A model generated the notes under the pieces. That model saw only the letters and a list, made by a program, of their open reading frames with translations. It searched no databases and was not told where the DNA came from. A stretch of DNA of 64,000 nt from Stylophora pistillata (Eukaryota), in assembly GCF_002571385.2 (NCBI RefSeq), contig NW_019218560.1, forward strand, positions 31,257 to 95,256, given 5' to 3'. The position numbers and the translations under genes are program-made. Positions 32,417 to 47,300 of the stretch are shown in pieces (the first letter of the stretch is position 1; each line of letters opens with the position of its first letter).

Positions 32417-35400
32417 CTACTTGAGAATGTTGAGTTCAAAGGGTGAGTCAGAAGTTGAAAGTTCAGTGTTAGTTAAACACTGATATTCCAATCTGTACTT
32501 CATATAAATGAGATTTGATCTGTGCCACCAGTAAAAAGCTAATACAATAAAAAGGTGCCACCATTGATGGCTGGATCCAACATAGTTCAGTTTACCTGCA
32601 AAAGGAAAAGAAAAGAGTCATGGGTTCTCATGATTACTACTTAGCATGCTTAGGCCTTTCCCCTTGAATGTTCTGTTTCCCATTGACTAACTGACCCATT
32701 TGTTTTGAAAAAGCAGATGATCAAGACTTTATTTTGAATTAAGGCATTAAAAATTGATTACCCTGATTTACTAACTTTTTAATTGTATCAGGAACATTCT
32801 GGTTAGGAAAACGGGCAGAAAATGGACATGTACATTCGGGCTATTCCTAAACTTGGGCTCTCTCATTTGATTATTTCTTTTTCAAGTGTTATGCCCAACT
32901 GACAGAGCCACTCTCACCAAAGGAAAGGCATAAAGAAATGAAACACTTTATGGGGAGGTTATACTAGGAGAAAGATGAGTTAACTTACTGCAAGTGAGCA
33001 CTGTATGAATCATGGTGATCTAAACAAGTGCTACTAAACTTCACAGCACACGGTCACATTTTGCTCTGCAGTTTTTTTTTTTTTTAATTCAAAGTGTTTT
33101 CAATACATTCTCAGAAACAAGAGATCAGCCATTTGGGAAATTTCTATCGGTCTAAATTTTTCTTTACTAGAAATTATGAAAAATCTGATTTTTAACCTTG
33201 AAAATGGGAGGTTGCCTAATATACATGGGGTTGACCCATACACAGATAAATACGGTAACTTACTGCAAGCGAGCACTGTATGGCAAGATTAAATATTAAC
33301 CCTTGGACCCTCTATACTGACCAGCATCTAATTTCTCCCAACAATATCATCCCCAAATCACATGTTAAGGTCATGATATTAAAGGAAATGATGAGCAACT
33401 AAAAGATAGCTCACATGGTTTATGATTGCTACACAAATTCTCCTTGTCAGCAACTAGTCTTAAGAAATGTGTAGAAAACTGTGGAACAGACCCACTTTAA
33501 TGTTGGAGTGGAAAGATTTAAAACTATTTTTTTTGACAGTAATTACTTGACCAACTTGTGTGATCTACACCGACAACAATTATTCACCCCAAAAGTTAAA
33601 GAAAGTGATGCATATTTACTTTCACTTCAGTGAATCATAGCAATAGCTAATAACAATTTAAATTTAATCATTTTGAAGACAGGTTTTGAAGTATTTAATT
33701 TTAATGTACAATCATATTATTTACTCTACCTGGGAAATATCTTTCTGGTATTTTAAGTGCATAAAATCCTAGAGCAAGAATTCCCAGCAAATACATAACA
33801 ACCACTTTAGGAACAAAGAGCTGAAAGAATAATTAAAATGTATCATTAAATTAAATTTTAAGACATTATGCATCATGTACATCAGCTAATAAAAGTAACT
33901 TAAAGTTAATAATTTTTAATTCATTAAGATAAATGATTAATAGCTAATCCTTTGAGGAAACTGTTAAAAGTATGATCCAGACTTTCATCTTGAAAATACC
34001 GTAAATCACTGCCCCACCTGCATTTTAATTTACTGATTCTTGGAGTGGATTTCTTTATTTCGAAAGGAGAGCTCCTAAGCATGAGAATTTGCAAACAAAC
34101 TGCATCTAAAACATCAAAGTATCTAATAGTGTTTTGGTTGATTCATCCCTGATAATTTAGGGCACAGGTTTCCCATAGCTGGTGAAAGTTTTTTACAGCT
34201 CTGCGATTATTTATAACCCTTACGATCCTCTTCAAGGTAAAACATCCAGGCAGGTTCTGAAGCATGAACTAGCCCCCTTAAACTGCCAATAATGTGCACC
34301 TACCCTCACAGAGAAGTCATTCCATCCTCCAAGCAGAAGTACCCAGTGGATTGCTGGGACCACACCATATGCCACTAGGCTACAGAAGAGTAAAAGACGT
34401 CTACTTGCCCAATGAGAGGTCAAGAAAGAAGGATGAAATTGAAATGCTAATGAAACTAAAGTCAGAAGAATCGCACCACCCAGGTAAATGCTTTGCCAAG
34501 TCTAGAAAATAAATACAAAGTAAAGAGTATTGATTGAATTTTAGGAAGCACATCTAATGTCTAGACTTATCCAATACTAATACAAAAAAAATTGTTTTAT
34601 AAATTTCTTCACACTTCGTTATACCAAGGTATGAATTACCAGTAATTATTACACAACTCGGGTAGTCAGAGGGCCAATAACTAAACTCAATCAATCAAAA
34701 TGCTCTATTGCCGGTCAATATTCTCTCAGTATTGGACCGGGCACTGTCCCGAATGATACCACACTTGTGTCCCTTTGAACTTCAGTCGTATAATAAATCT
34801 CTTATTAACCAAGCTTGCTCGGGACCGTACTTGAAGAATATCGGCCTTCTGCCTTTTTTGTATGGACCTCGGTCCGTACTGTCAGGCCGATATTCTCCCA
34901 GTACTGCCCTTGCACTTGGTTAATAAGTTATATATATATATATATTTAGATGTGATTAGATATCCTTTTGGCCTAAAAATTATATTAGGTGAATTTTACG
35001 TTTGACTAAAGTATTTGCCGTAAATCCTCTATTAAGTCCCCCTCCCCTTACAAGCTAGCCCCCTCTTTAGGGGGGAAAAATTTATTAAGGCCCCCCACCA
35101 TAAATAATTATCCTAAGATACACAATTTATCCCTTACCACATGACAATAAAATGCATAGTAAATGGCAGGCACATAGCAGCTGCACACACCAAGTGAGAT
35201 GCCAGCCAAGTCAAGTGACAACCAAAGATGAAAAACTCTCTCAGAGTGACAGCAGAATAAATGATAGATGGCAGAAAAGAACATGCAAATCTGAAAAAGA
35301 ACAAAACATGCCACTGTTCAGGAGTAAGGATGTATGAGCATTTGGTATGCAAATGTTGCAAGCCTCAGCTCTGTAAAAGTTCAAACAGCCCTCAAGATTC

Positions 35401-35863
35401 TGTGGGCTAAGTGAGTGTGGACATTAGTTGATATGGCAACACCACCATACTCAACACAATTTAAATTGGACCGTCTTGACTTGAAACAAGACAAACCCAT
35501 TATTTTCTGTATTATTTAGTTGGATAAAAGACTCTAGAATGATGTAACACTGTTTGAAATTTTCAATTCATCCACTTTCAAGATGTCTTCCTTACCATGT
35601 AGCCAATAAGTAAACAAGTGAACACCACATGATCAGAAAAAGTTCCATCGTGTTCTGGAATCCTGGCCAAGTTATCAACAAGGAGAAGGTAAAAGAAATA
35701 CAAGAATCCAAGTAAGTGGGACCAGATGTTGATGGACTCATTCGACATTACAAAGAGACTAGAAAATGAAGAGAAATTTCAAAGGTCAGTGTTATTTTAT
35801 GACTACAGAATTTAAACCCTCTTTCACCATAACATCAATATGCAAGTTCTCTATAATTTTCTC

Positions 35864-35899
<36 letters not shown>

Positions 35900-37598
35900 C
35901 TTTATTAATGTGTCAAATCAATAGCAGTTTCCCACTAAATAAGGACAACTAAACTAAACTAATCTAATATACATAAAATGCATAAAATATGCAATCCTGC
36001 CCTGTATAGTTGACCCTATATATATATGTACTACCCTACCCTATGTAATTAAAATTACCTAAAAGATTAGAAATACAATACTGATAATATAAAATATTAA
36101 GATTAATATTTTATATTATCATTACTAATCCATTCTCTATGGTGCTTGCAAGGAGAATTTGTCTGACAATCAAGAGTTTCTTGAGTTTGCAATCATTTCC
36201 TTTATTCTCATAACCCTGAGGTTTGATTCAGGGGTGACACTATTGTGAGAATTTAGATGCCTATCAATCTTTTGGGTGAAAGGGTGAAAGTAAGTAGAGC
36301 CAGGGCTCAACACTAACGGTAACCAACTAGCCACAGACTAGTAGAAATTCAGATTTGGCTAGTGGTTTTCAATTTCCACTAGCCAGTTTGGCTAGTAAAC
36401 AAACTGAAATTGTTTTAACATCTAGGTTGTCACTGGCCACTTGGCTAGTAAGTTGAAAAGTTAGTGTCCAGCCCTGAAGAGCTGTTACTGACCTAGTCCC
36501 ACTTTGAGATTGTATGAAATTACAAGGAGTATAGTTTTAATAACTGCATCTTCAGGCTGCTCATTTGTAGGAAACTAGTCTAGCCAATGCAGGTGATCCC
36601 TGATCATTTTATACTCCCCCTAGAGTAAGACACCATTAACACAACACAATGGCACTCACCAGGGTTGTTCCCTGGACCTTGAAATCCAGCGTCAAGCATG
36701 CTTACATTGAGCCACAAGAAAGGGAGAACAAACGCCAACCATGATGGAGGCCCCCCCTCTCCCAGAAAAAAAGGATAATAATATATTGTCACACATTAAT
36801 AATCATTTTAGGCTGCTCGAGGTTGTTGCATTTGAGCAGCTCAGACTGGAATCAATTCTTAAATGACGCGTCTTTGTTTTGTTTTTCTCATTAATAGAAG
36901 AAATTAAAACTTTTGTGAGTCCTAAGGTTTAATGATTGGGGGAAAGAAAAGTAAGAAACAAGGTTAATCTTTTTTTTTTTTTATGAATATTCTGGTCACC
37001 TCTGATTGAACACTTGTTCTAGTATGTATGCTGTCAAAAAATAACCCCCACCAGCAACAAAAGCAGCCACACCTAAGGGAAAAAAGTCCATCGCCCTTAC
37101 CCCCCTTCAGAAAAGAAACCAGATGGCCAAAAGGAAAAGGAAAGTAAGTTTAAAGTTGAGAAGAAAAGACCAGTGATGTTAAATATGCCTTTATTCTCTC
37201 TAGTAATATATTAATGGCTCAATTTGTGATTCAAACCCCTCTATTCCTCCTAAGTCCAAAGAGGAACACCTCAACTGCCGTTTCTTTCATTCAACAGCTT
37301 TTCAGTTTTAAGTACCGGAGTTTCAAACACTAACGCAACTTAATAGAAGAGTCAGGTACTTTAACGAAAAATCACTAGGAAAGCAGTTGAATCAGATTAC
37401 TTACCTTTTGACGCACATTCTGAACGATAAGAAGGCCCGGTAACCAGACGTAACGTAAGGATTTCCTCTTAGGAAGTACGGGACATCGTGGTAGTCGTAC
37501 AATTTTACAACCTTCGAGTCCAGAAGGAAAGGACTTTCCAAATCTTTCTCAAACCCTCTCTCGTTTAAGTCCATTTGAATGCTTGAGAGATCAGCCAT
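32417..37598 (-). CDS. PAQR3: Progestin and adipoQ receptor family member 3; exons 37405-37598, 35596-35758, 35138-35290, 34304-34501, 33730-33820, 32417-32595
   Basis: NPYVTSGYR, SNESINIWSHLLG, SAIYHLFCCHSE, DLAGIS, KIPERYFPGKLNYVGSSHQWWH are PAQR/HlyIII motifs and closest to PAQR3; phases are consistent. Confidence 0.95.
36301..36476. mobile_element. ~175-bp MITE with CAGGGCT..ACACTAAC TIRs; inverted second copy at 60749-60934
   Basis: TIRs are visible; internal (A)CTAGCCA/TGGCTAGT subrepeats; the two copies are highly similar. Confidence 0.8.
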
Positions 37599-38101
37599 CT
37601 TCAATGTTCTCGATGTCCGATTCTCATTTGTAGTGTGTCACTGTAGAGTGCAACCAACATCAGATCAGATCTTAATGTCAATGTCAAAGAGTCCTTAGTT
37701 ACTTGCAGCTTTCTGGAGAGTGTTTCATTTGTCACGCGTCCTTGTCTTGGAGTTCAGATGCCTTTAGTTGTACTTCCTGTCGACGTGACCAGGATCTGAA
37801 GGGGTGTTCCGGCGAAATTCCTTCACATTTATTCACAGTACGCGGAAATAAGATTACTGTCACTATCGATGTTTGCCGGATCTGTTTACCGGCGTAGTCA
37901 TCGCTGTTTGCGTGTTTCTCCCGTGACTATTATCGATCGTGCCTTTACCCAAATTTGGTCAAGATCTCCAAATATAGATTAGAACTGAGCGGAAATGAGA
38001 TGGAATACTCAATCAATCGGAAGCCAGTCAACAAATGTTAATAGGAGGTGATACAGAGTGTTGGTTGCAAATCGTGCGCTTCCCTTATTTTAGGATAAAG
38101 C

Positions 38102-41100
38102 ATGTCTTCGGCTCGAGAAGCGTACTTGAGAGATTTACCTCATCCGAATTTAAATGACGTTCTTAAATCCAATACTTACAGCGCCATCAAACTCCTCAAA
38201 ACAGGTAAACGCAAAGACATGAGCCTTCATGTGGATACTCTACACCCAATATTTGCCTGACTTGTTTTCCTTATATGTGCGTTTCGTTATGACATTTTGA
38301 GCATATCCTTACACTAATTAAATCCTAAATGTCACGTTATCAAGTTTGTTCAGGGAATGAATTGAGTCACAACGATGAAACTCTGGTATTGATTTTCATA
38401 AATTATTATAGAAAATTCATGCAAAAATTCCTATCAAATTTATACATGTAAATATCGATCGCGTTATTTTGTTATTGTATAAGACATTTTAAATATAGTA
38501 ATTTTGCATTCATTATTCATGTATTTCCTCAATTCTATGCCAAAATTAACCACATTTTAATTGATTCACCGGTGAGTTGCTGGTTAAATGGTACTCTTGC
38601 TCTGTGGAGACCTGAAAGGTTTTTAATATCCTACAGTTTTCAGGTTGATATACTTTTTGAATACCTCAACCTATATCAGACATTGTTTGAAGTGTTCAAT
38701 ACCACGGTGGTTGCCTTCCCAGGAGAACTCTGTTATTAATTACATAATTTCAAATAATGTATTAAATCCTAAACGTAACCATTTACGTAAAGACGCCCAA
38801 TACTATTCCAAAACAAAGGTAATCTTTTGTTTTGCCATAATGATTGTACTTTTTATCTAGACTGTATGCATGATTAATTCTGGCGTTATACGGAAATCTT
38901 GCCAGTTTGATTTATAACCAAAAGATTTAATGCAGTGAAATTAAATTGTGGGCACAGTTTAGGGTTAGTCATAATAACACTCTGTTACTGCCAACAAAAT
39001 CTCGTCAAAATTTTCAAAATTTCTTTTTTTTCTGTTCGTTAGTTATAGAGAATTAAATAATCTAAGTTTAATTTATTGATGAAAATAATAAAAAATCTCA
39101 AAAAGAATGCGAGATACAGCTGAAAGAGTTTTTTAGGGTAGCTAGTACTACATAGTGAAAGGTGTAGTAATCTGGAAGTTTCCAGTAGAGTGTTGATATT
39201 TTTTGTGGATTTTCATCTAAGTTCTTGATTTGCATATTTCCTTTACATAGCATATTGCACCACACAAAAGAAGTGAATTTGTCACATTTCCACTTTTATT
39301 TCATGAGTCAATATGAAGGATTGTTAAATATTGTTAATTTTTCAACTTTCTTTTCTCAGTTGGTGAATTTTCCCACAAGGTGGCTTCTCTTAAAGAACAA
39401 TTGGGAAACCAACTCCTTTCATTGGTGGAATCATTCAGAAAGAAGAACTTAGAAATGAAGAAAGACAGGTCTGTATTTAATAAGAATCATTGTCATGACA
39501 TTGTCATATATCTTGCTCAAGCAAGATATATGACAAGATATAAGTATCAGTCAAATGTTTCTTTCTGTTGTTTATCGTTGATTTTCATAAGTTAAGGACT
39601 GTATTAGCAAAAGTATCAGAAGAAGCCTAAAGTTTACCAGAACTTTCAAAATAAAACTGACAACATTTCAAGGTGACAGTGGTGAGTAACCATATCATAG
39701 ATTAGAGAGACTCCCCTCTAAACAGTGCTTGCATGATGCAGACCTGCAGCTAAGTGTACATGCATGCATGCAGTACTTTTTGCATGCATGCAGTTAGTCA
39801 CTGCATGCATGCAGTTAGTCTCTGCATGCATGCAGTTAGTTTTAGCATAGATGCAAAAAGTGTCTGCGCGCATGCAACCTGGAGCTCCATGCTTGTATGA
39901 ATAGATGACTGTATTTCCAGACTGCATGGTTTGAAGTTTGAGCAAACGGTAAGTTCTTTTATTCAGTTTACACTCTAAGTAAGATAATCTATTGTTCATG
40001 CTTATTATATTGTAATCCACTTTGATACTCAGAACATAATTTTACATGTGACCTTGCATGCAGTTGCTGATATCTTTTTTCAAATTATAATTTCTCTCAG
40101 ATCTGCTTTAAGTAGTGCTTTTAGCTGCTGGGAAACACTGCTTGGGGAATATGAAAAACAAGCACAGGTATTGTTATTATTCTTTTATGAAATAAGTCAT
40201 GAATTTTGTAGAAAAGATATATACATGAACCAGCTGACACTAGGAAGTCTACTGTTAGTAACCTACAAATTGATTAAAATGAATACCAGTCATATTGATA
40301 GTTTTTTTGATACATACATTTTTGCAGTTCTTAATTCACTATTTGATGTATTAATTTGTAAAAGTAATTAAGTGTCCTCTGGAAAATTCTCCAAATGACT
40401 TTCCTGTAATAGTTACAGCAGGAAACAGCTGAGTTGTATGGTCAAAACTTTGTGGTGCACACATGTATAAATCAAAGGTGAAAATTACCAGATAGCTGTG
40501 GTCGTAACCTAAAGAGACTTGCAAATTACCAGACATGTCTTCCATTTCTTAGGATATGTTAAAGGTTTCATCCAGTCTAGTGCGACAGGTGAATACTCCA
40601 GCTTTTGAGGAGGTGATCAAGAAGAAAGCAGCCACAAAAAAGGTGTGATGACTATGTTACTTTACTGCATGGGTCAGCAGGATCAGATATCAGATATCAG
40701 ATATCAGATATCAGATATCAGTGCTCATGGAGAGAGCAGTCTCACCACCCTCCCAAGGAAGCTTTTCAAATGAAAAGTTTTAATTAATTAAGGAATACTT
40801 TATTTATAATTAATGGTGGTTAATAATGTTATCCTTATTATTTTAAAGATATTTTCCTTCAGAGACAGTGGTGAAAGTCAGATTGAAAAGGCAGATGAAG
40901 CATTACAAAAGGTGATAAAAATGAAAATAAATTTTAAAAAGTGTGCACTTATATCTACGTACCTCTCATCTAATTTTGTGTGAGCAAATGTGAATTACCT
41001 CCATATTCATTCGATATTTTGCAAATTCTGTAATGTAGTTAGACCTTCCTGTATCATTAACTAGGAAGTAAAAAGTAGATTTGCAAGTTTTTACAGTTTT

Positions 41101-44100
41101 CTATTAAGAGAATGAGTTTCATTTTGCCATCTACAAGGTTAGTTGAATTTAAAGCTGACTCATGTAGTAGACCTCAAATGACATCAAAATGTGTTAAGTT
41201 CACTTTTGAAACACTGAGGTTGGTAGGGTATTGATGTTCTTCTTGTTGATGTCACTGTGATCTACTACAATGGAAGATTCAATAAAAATCCACAAATCTC
41301 TTGCTTAAGTAGACCACAATAAAATCCTCAACTTTTTTCTCTACTCAGCGCCACAAAGAATATTCAGAAGCTTGTGCCAAACTTGCAAAATTGCAAAGTG
41401 CAGGTGCAGAAGCTGCCAAGGTATTACTAAGCTTTACCTTTTAGCTAGAGTGTTGCATCAAACTTTCTTTTTGCTTGGTATTGCATGCATATAGTGTCCA
41501 ATTACTGTTAGCTACCCTTTTGACTCCCAAAAGTGACTGCAAATCTAGTTTCCCCTTCAATATTACCCCTGAATCACGCATGAGAATAAAGGAAATGATT
41601 ATCAACTAGAGGTTGAAGCTCTTGATTGTGAAACAAAGTCTCCTTATCTGCGGGCCTTAGGAATTCAATATAGAGAACAGTATGAAGAATATGGAGACTG
41701 ATGAGAAGGAGTAAAGGGTTAGAGAAAGTCTGACTTTCTTTCTTGGTAGCATGAATTGACAAGGAGTAAGGCTTCTCCTTTGGGATTAGATTCCATTCCC
41801 ACTCCTTGGCAACTTCCCCACAGAAATTTACCAAGTCTACCTGAAAGCTAAATGAATGTGCACTGTGGGGAAACAGGCCCCATTGAGGGTAAAATCTTGC
41901 CCCAAATACAATAAAATTGTAAACATTATTGAAGAACAGTTTGGTAAAACTGACACATGGAAAGATCCTTAATTTCACAAGAACTCTGTATCACTATGTC
42001 TTAGATTGAACTATTAGTAAAACTCAGGACTCACAGCAGTACATGTTTCTGTTTCTAAAGATTTGTACATTGTACAGGTGGAAGAACAAAAGGACACATA
42101 GTTCCCTACTAGGTTCATCCACCTAAACCCAACCCACCCCTCCCACCCCGGGAAAGGACATCCATCACACAGTAATCTCGTGCGTGGGAAATTAACGTCT
42201 CCTACCCCTCCTGCAGGATACAGGACCTCCATTTATTCGTCCCTATCTGAGAAGACTAGAATATCTAACCATTTCTTGATGTTATAGAAAGGAAGCGTAT
42301 TCTTCTCAATTATTTTAAGACCATGAGTGTTGGTCCGGCTGGGGCTCGAACTCTCGACCTCCCTCACAACAGTCCAGCGCTCTATCCATTGAGCTAACTG
42401 GGAGGCATGATTCAATTGACTCACTTAATTGTGACTGGTGACCTTTGTTCCAAGAGAGATCGACTGACTAAATTAAAATGTGGTAGAATTTTCTAAAATG
42501 AGTCCAAGGCTTGAAATTTTGAGCTTCTACCTGGCTTTCAGTCAAAAGAGATGAGTAAAAGAAAAAGGCAACAAACAGCAGTGGTGATTTTCAGAGAAAT
42601 GGCTGGGTAACCTAGTCATCTTAATTTGGAGATCAGTCTGCTAACAGTAGACCCACTCATAATGGCTTTTACCCCCTGTCCTTTTTTCATTTAGAGAGTA
42701 GTTTATTTTTGTTATCCTTAAACTTAGAAAGTTTCTGACACTTTTTGTCAATTTGTAGCAAGAACATGTTCAGACATTGTGCCATAATACCCACAATGCC
42801 TATGTACTTCAGCTTAATTGTGTCAACAACATGAATGGAGTGTTCTATTCTACAACACTTCCTCAAATGCTGGATGTAAGTATTGATACAGTGTGAATGA
42901 AAGAATACCAAACTATTTTTAATTAAAGGTAGTAAGTTGTAATTTACCTTGAAAAAGTGAATACCAGGAAAATAGGGAATCCCAGCTATAGCGATGACAA
43001 TGAACATTTGTGCTCAGATTTTTCTACAGGAAAGGGGAAACCCTATCTTTGCCTCACGCCCAGTGTGTGGCTTCAGTAGTCACTAGTCCCCCTTTCATTC
43101 TCTCATTTACTCACTTAGTAAGTCAATTACTCAGTCACTTAGTTAACATACTCATTACTTAATTGGTTAAATGAAATTCCCTTAGTTGAAGTAAGTTAGT
43201 CAGTCAGTGAGGCATCTCATTAGTTATCAGTTTGTCAGTCTGTAAGTCAGGCAGGCAGGCAGCCAGTCAGTCAGTCCGTCATTCATTTATTCACTCATTC
43301 ATTCATTCATTCAGCCAGTCAGTCAGTCAATCAGACAGACTATAAGCCATTTAGTGAGTCAGTCATTTATACAGTCTGTCTGTCTCAAGTTTGCTCTAGT
43401 TGGTCTTTTTGTTTGATGGTTTGATCTGTCAGTCAATATTTTACAAGGTGGGTTGGTGTCTTTAGTCAAGTATTGAGTTGTCAATTAAATTACTAATGCT
43501 GTTCATGTATCATTTAATCTCTCTTTTGCTGATCAACATAATGATAGTTCTAAGTTGTCTAAATTATGTGAGTACCTGTTTTTGAATCAGTTTCATTTTC
43601 TGGCTCTACTCTCCATAGGACTTACAAGATATACATCAAGATGTTTCAGAATCTTTGAGAGTGGCTTTTGGTGACTGTTCAAAGATTGAGAAAGAAAATG
43701 TAATTTTAACCTGTTTTTGTTGTCATATTCATAACTGTTGTCCTCTTCAATCAGCATATGATGGATGAGTTTATTTAATTTCTCCTTGTATTATAACCAA
43801 TGACCTAGTTTAAACTAATTTTACCAGCATAGAACAGTAGAGTTCACTGTTATTTATATCATTCATTCCTTGTCCCTCTCTCACCCTCCTGCTTATAACG
43901 CACAATCAGTTTGAAGCTTCAACACCCCCCCCCCCCCATTGCCACCTGGAACTCCTTGGGAATGAACAATTGCTTGTGTGATATCAACGAATGTTGTACG
44001 AGTTAGCATAGCTATGTCTTAGATTTTGTTGCTATTGTTGGGCTTTTTTGCTCAGGTAGGCATCTGATCCTCATTGAGAAATTGTCTTTCTAAGCCATTT

Positions 44101-44272
44101 GCTCACAAGACTACTTTGATGCCCTAGTCTACCAAAGCAACTGAAGGTTCAAAAATAATAAAGGCTGATAGTTTCGAAAGAAACTGTTTGGGGCTGTGTC
44201 AGTGGGAGTAATGAAATAATTTGGATATATCAACAAAGTTGAAATGGTAAATTGGCCACCATAACGATTACA

Positions 44273-44303
<31 letters not shown>

Positions 44304-47300
44304 TGGAGTGAATAGAGGAATTGTGGGTTGTGTGTACTTTCAAAGGCAGAAAATGGAGCTACGTTATTAGTGGGAACATGGCAACGAGAAAAACAAGAAT
44401 AAGTTAGTGGAATGAAAAGCGTTCGTTGATCCCTGTGGGATTTAGANNNNNNNNNNNNNNNNNNNNNNNNNNNNNNNNNNNNNNNNNNNNNNNNNNNNNN
44501 NNNNNNNNNNNNNNNNNNNNNNNNNNNNNNNNNNNNNNNNNNNNNNNNNNNNNNNNNNNNNNNNNNNNNNNNNNNNNNNNNNNNNNNNNNNNNNNNNNNN
44601 NNNNNNNNNNNNNNNNNNNNNNNNNNNNNNNNNNNNNNNNNNNNNNNNNNNNNNNNNNNNNNNNNNNNNNNNNNNNNNNNNNNNNNNNNNNNNNNNNNNN
44701 NNNNNNNNNNNNNNNNNNNNNNNNNNNNNNNNNNNNNNNNNNNNNNNNNNNNNNNNNNNNNNNNNNNNNNNNNNNNNNNNNNNNNNNNNNNNNNNNNNNN
44801 NNNNNNNNNNNNNNNNNNNNNNNNNNNNNNNNNNNNNNNNNNNNNNNNNNNNNNNNNNNNNNNNNNNNNNNNNNNNNNNNNNNNNNNNNNNNNNNNNNNN
44901 NNNNNNNNNNNNNNNNNNNNNNNNNNNNNNNNNNNNNNNNNNNNNNNNNNNNNNNNNNNNNNNNNNNNNNNNNNNNNNNNNNNNNNNNNNNNNNNNNNNN
45001 NNNNNNNNNNNNNNNNNNNNNNNNNNNNNNNNNNNNNNNNNNNNNNNNNNNNNNNNNNNNNNNNNNNNNNNNNNNNNNNNNNNNNNNNNNNNNNNNNNNN
45101 NNNNNNNNNNNNNNNAATCAAATATTGTGGAAAGTGCAAAGCGGAAAGCAGTGATGTAGAGTAGAACTGAGATCAAAGTTTCTTTTTTGATTTATTCCTT
45201 TGCCAGATAGTCGATAGCGTCAAGAGATTGGAAAGCATAGAAAGTATGTTTCAGCTCATGAACAGCAAGGCAGACATCTCAACATTTGTCCAGGCAAATG
45301 ATCCTGGTGCTTACTCTTCACCAGAGAAAAATTTCCAGAAACCAGAAGATAATCATCTATTAGTAAGTCCACACCAAGTTACGAAAGAGTCAACACTGAA
45401 CTATTAGTTTTGAGTCTTAGACCGCTGGTTAGTTCCCCTTCCTTTCAGCTGGCTTACATAACTGTTTAACTGGCCTACATTTCTGTTTGACAGGCTTGTT
45501 ACTTTGTACAAATTGAAGCGATTAAATCATCGTCACTTTGATCGTAGGAAACAGACTTGGATAGTAATGTTTCGGAATTGTTCTACAGTTATAGAATTAA
45601 ATAAATATATAGAAAACATAGAATTGAATAAATATTTCTTAAATGTATATAAACTGTATAAATATATAGAGTTATATGGCTAATATATTATTCTAAATTA
45701 ATTTATAGTATTGTTGAATTATAAACGTCAGTCTCTTGAGCATTTTAGAAAATTTACTGTATTCTGGACAAGTGAATTTTAACCGTGTATAAATAGATAA
45801 GGCAAAAGATTGAAGATTACTAACGTAAAACGCCTTAAACTTAAAGCTAAGTTTTCTCCATTTTATTTTATTTTCTTCTTTCTCTAACATTAATTATTCT
45901 ACACGAAGTTCTGATTTCGATCCAGCGCGTACTCTTGTAAAACGTAGGGATAACCACGTGATCAACCATCAATCACCAAACAAACTTTATTTATCAAAAT
46001 TTCCTAACTTATTTCTAATACAAATATAGAATACCGTAACTTACAACTTGTGGCATTACTAAAAAACTTCTTGATTATACATCCCAATTATGTAATTGGT
46101 CCCCCTAATATGGTGACAGATTAACGCACGAAACCAGATTCAATATCAAAATTTAGCGAAAGAATGATATTCTTTTGAATTAAGCTATAGGTAGGGTTGT
46201 GTCCAAATCCTCTAACCGTCTTTAATTCTTCTTACAGAATGTAACAGACAAAAGACTTTTTTTGGTGAATGCAACGGAACCCGTGCTGAAGAGGAAATAT
46301 ATCGCACTCCAAATAAAGGTACAGTTGTTTGTTTACATGATATGCAGTATTGACCAACGGTTAGGTCATTTAAGAGAGCCGGATATTAGGAAAGTATTAT
46401 TTCTTTTTGCGGATTTATAGACCATCCCCTTGTTCTTTGTCCAAGAAACACGTTAAAATGACGACGCTAACATTTAGCCGTCACAATTTGACGGATCAAT
46501 TTTGTCCAAAAATATTTCACATTTGTGAGATAGGAACGGGTAAATCTGAGGGACGGAGATGGACCCGCTAGCTCGGGTAGCCAATCAGAGCACAGAGTTC
46601 GCTTCCTTTTGCCTGGTTGTAAGTGCCATCCATTTGATAAGGTTTATAATTTTTAACCATTTTTAGGGAATATGGTTTTTTGTTTTGGGGTACAGTATAA
46701 CTATTTCTTCAGGGAAAAGGCGCTTTTTCGTCCTTGGTTTTTTTTAAAGGGGAGACTCAATAAGAAATGTGACGTAAGCTCGCACATCATCTGAGGAAAG
46801 AAATACTCGTTTGAAGGTTGTATCCGTGGAGGACAGTAGTTACTGAAGTGAGGGTGCTCCCTACCGAAGTTGAAACATTGACTTTTTAATTGTTAGAGTC
46901 AGCTTACTGTTACTCTTTGAAAAAATAATCATTTTCGTTCTATTGAACCCGTTTTTTCGGGTCGAGGAGGTTCGACATGACGTGTCTCCTCTCAGTGGAG
47001 CGCCGTCCAGGTTTGATCGATTAGATATTTTAGAGTTCGGTAAGCCTAGGCACGATTAAAAATTTAAACCATCTAATCTTCAATTTTCGTTCTCTAGTTG
47101 CGAAACTATGATACAGCGATAAAGAAGGATCAGGAGACCGTGAAATCTATGAAAAAATTACGTGAAAGGTAACAGAAGTTTTAGGTTTACTTTGGCAAAC
47201 TCATAGCACATTTCCGAATTACCTTTAGCCTCATTTTTAAAGTGAGTCCAAGGGCTTATCCTTTGATATGATAATAAGTTTTCATTCACATGCAAATTAA

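Noticed and set aside
42335-42406. tRNA gene
   Set aside because: A/B boxes are present, but the acceptor stem does not close and it continues into a SINE body.
44129-45176. Long ORFs of 242-336 aa
   Set aside because: Artefacts of translating the N gap.
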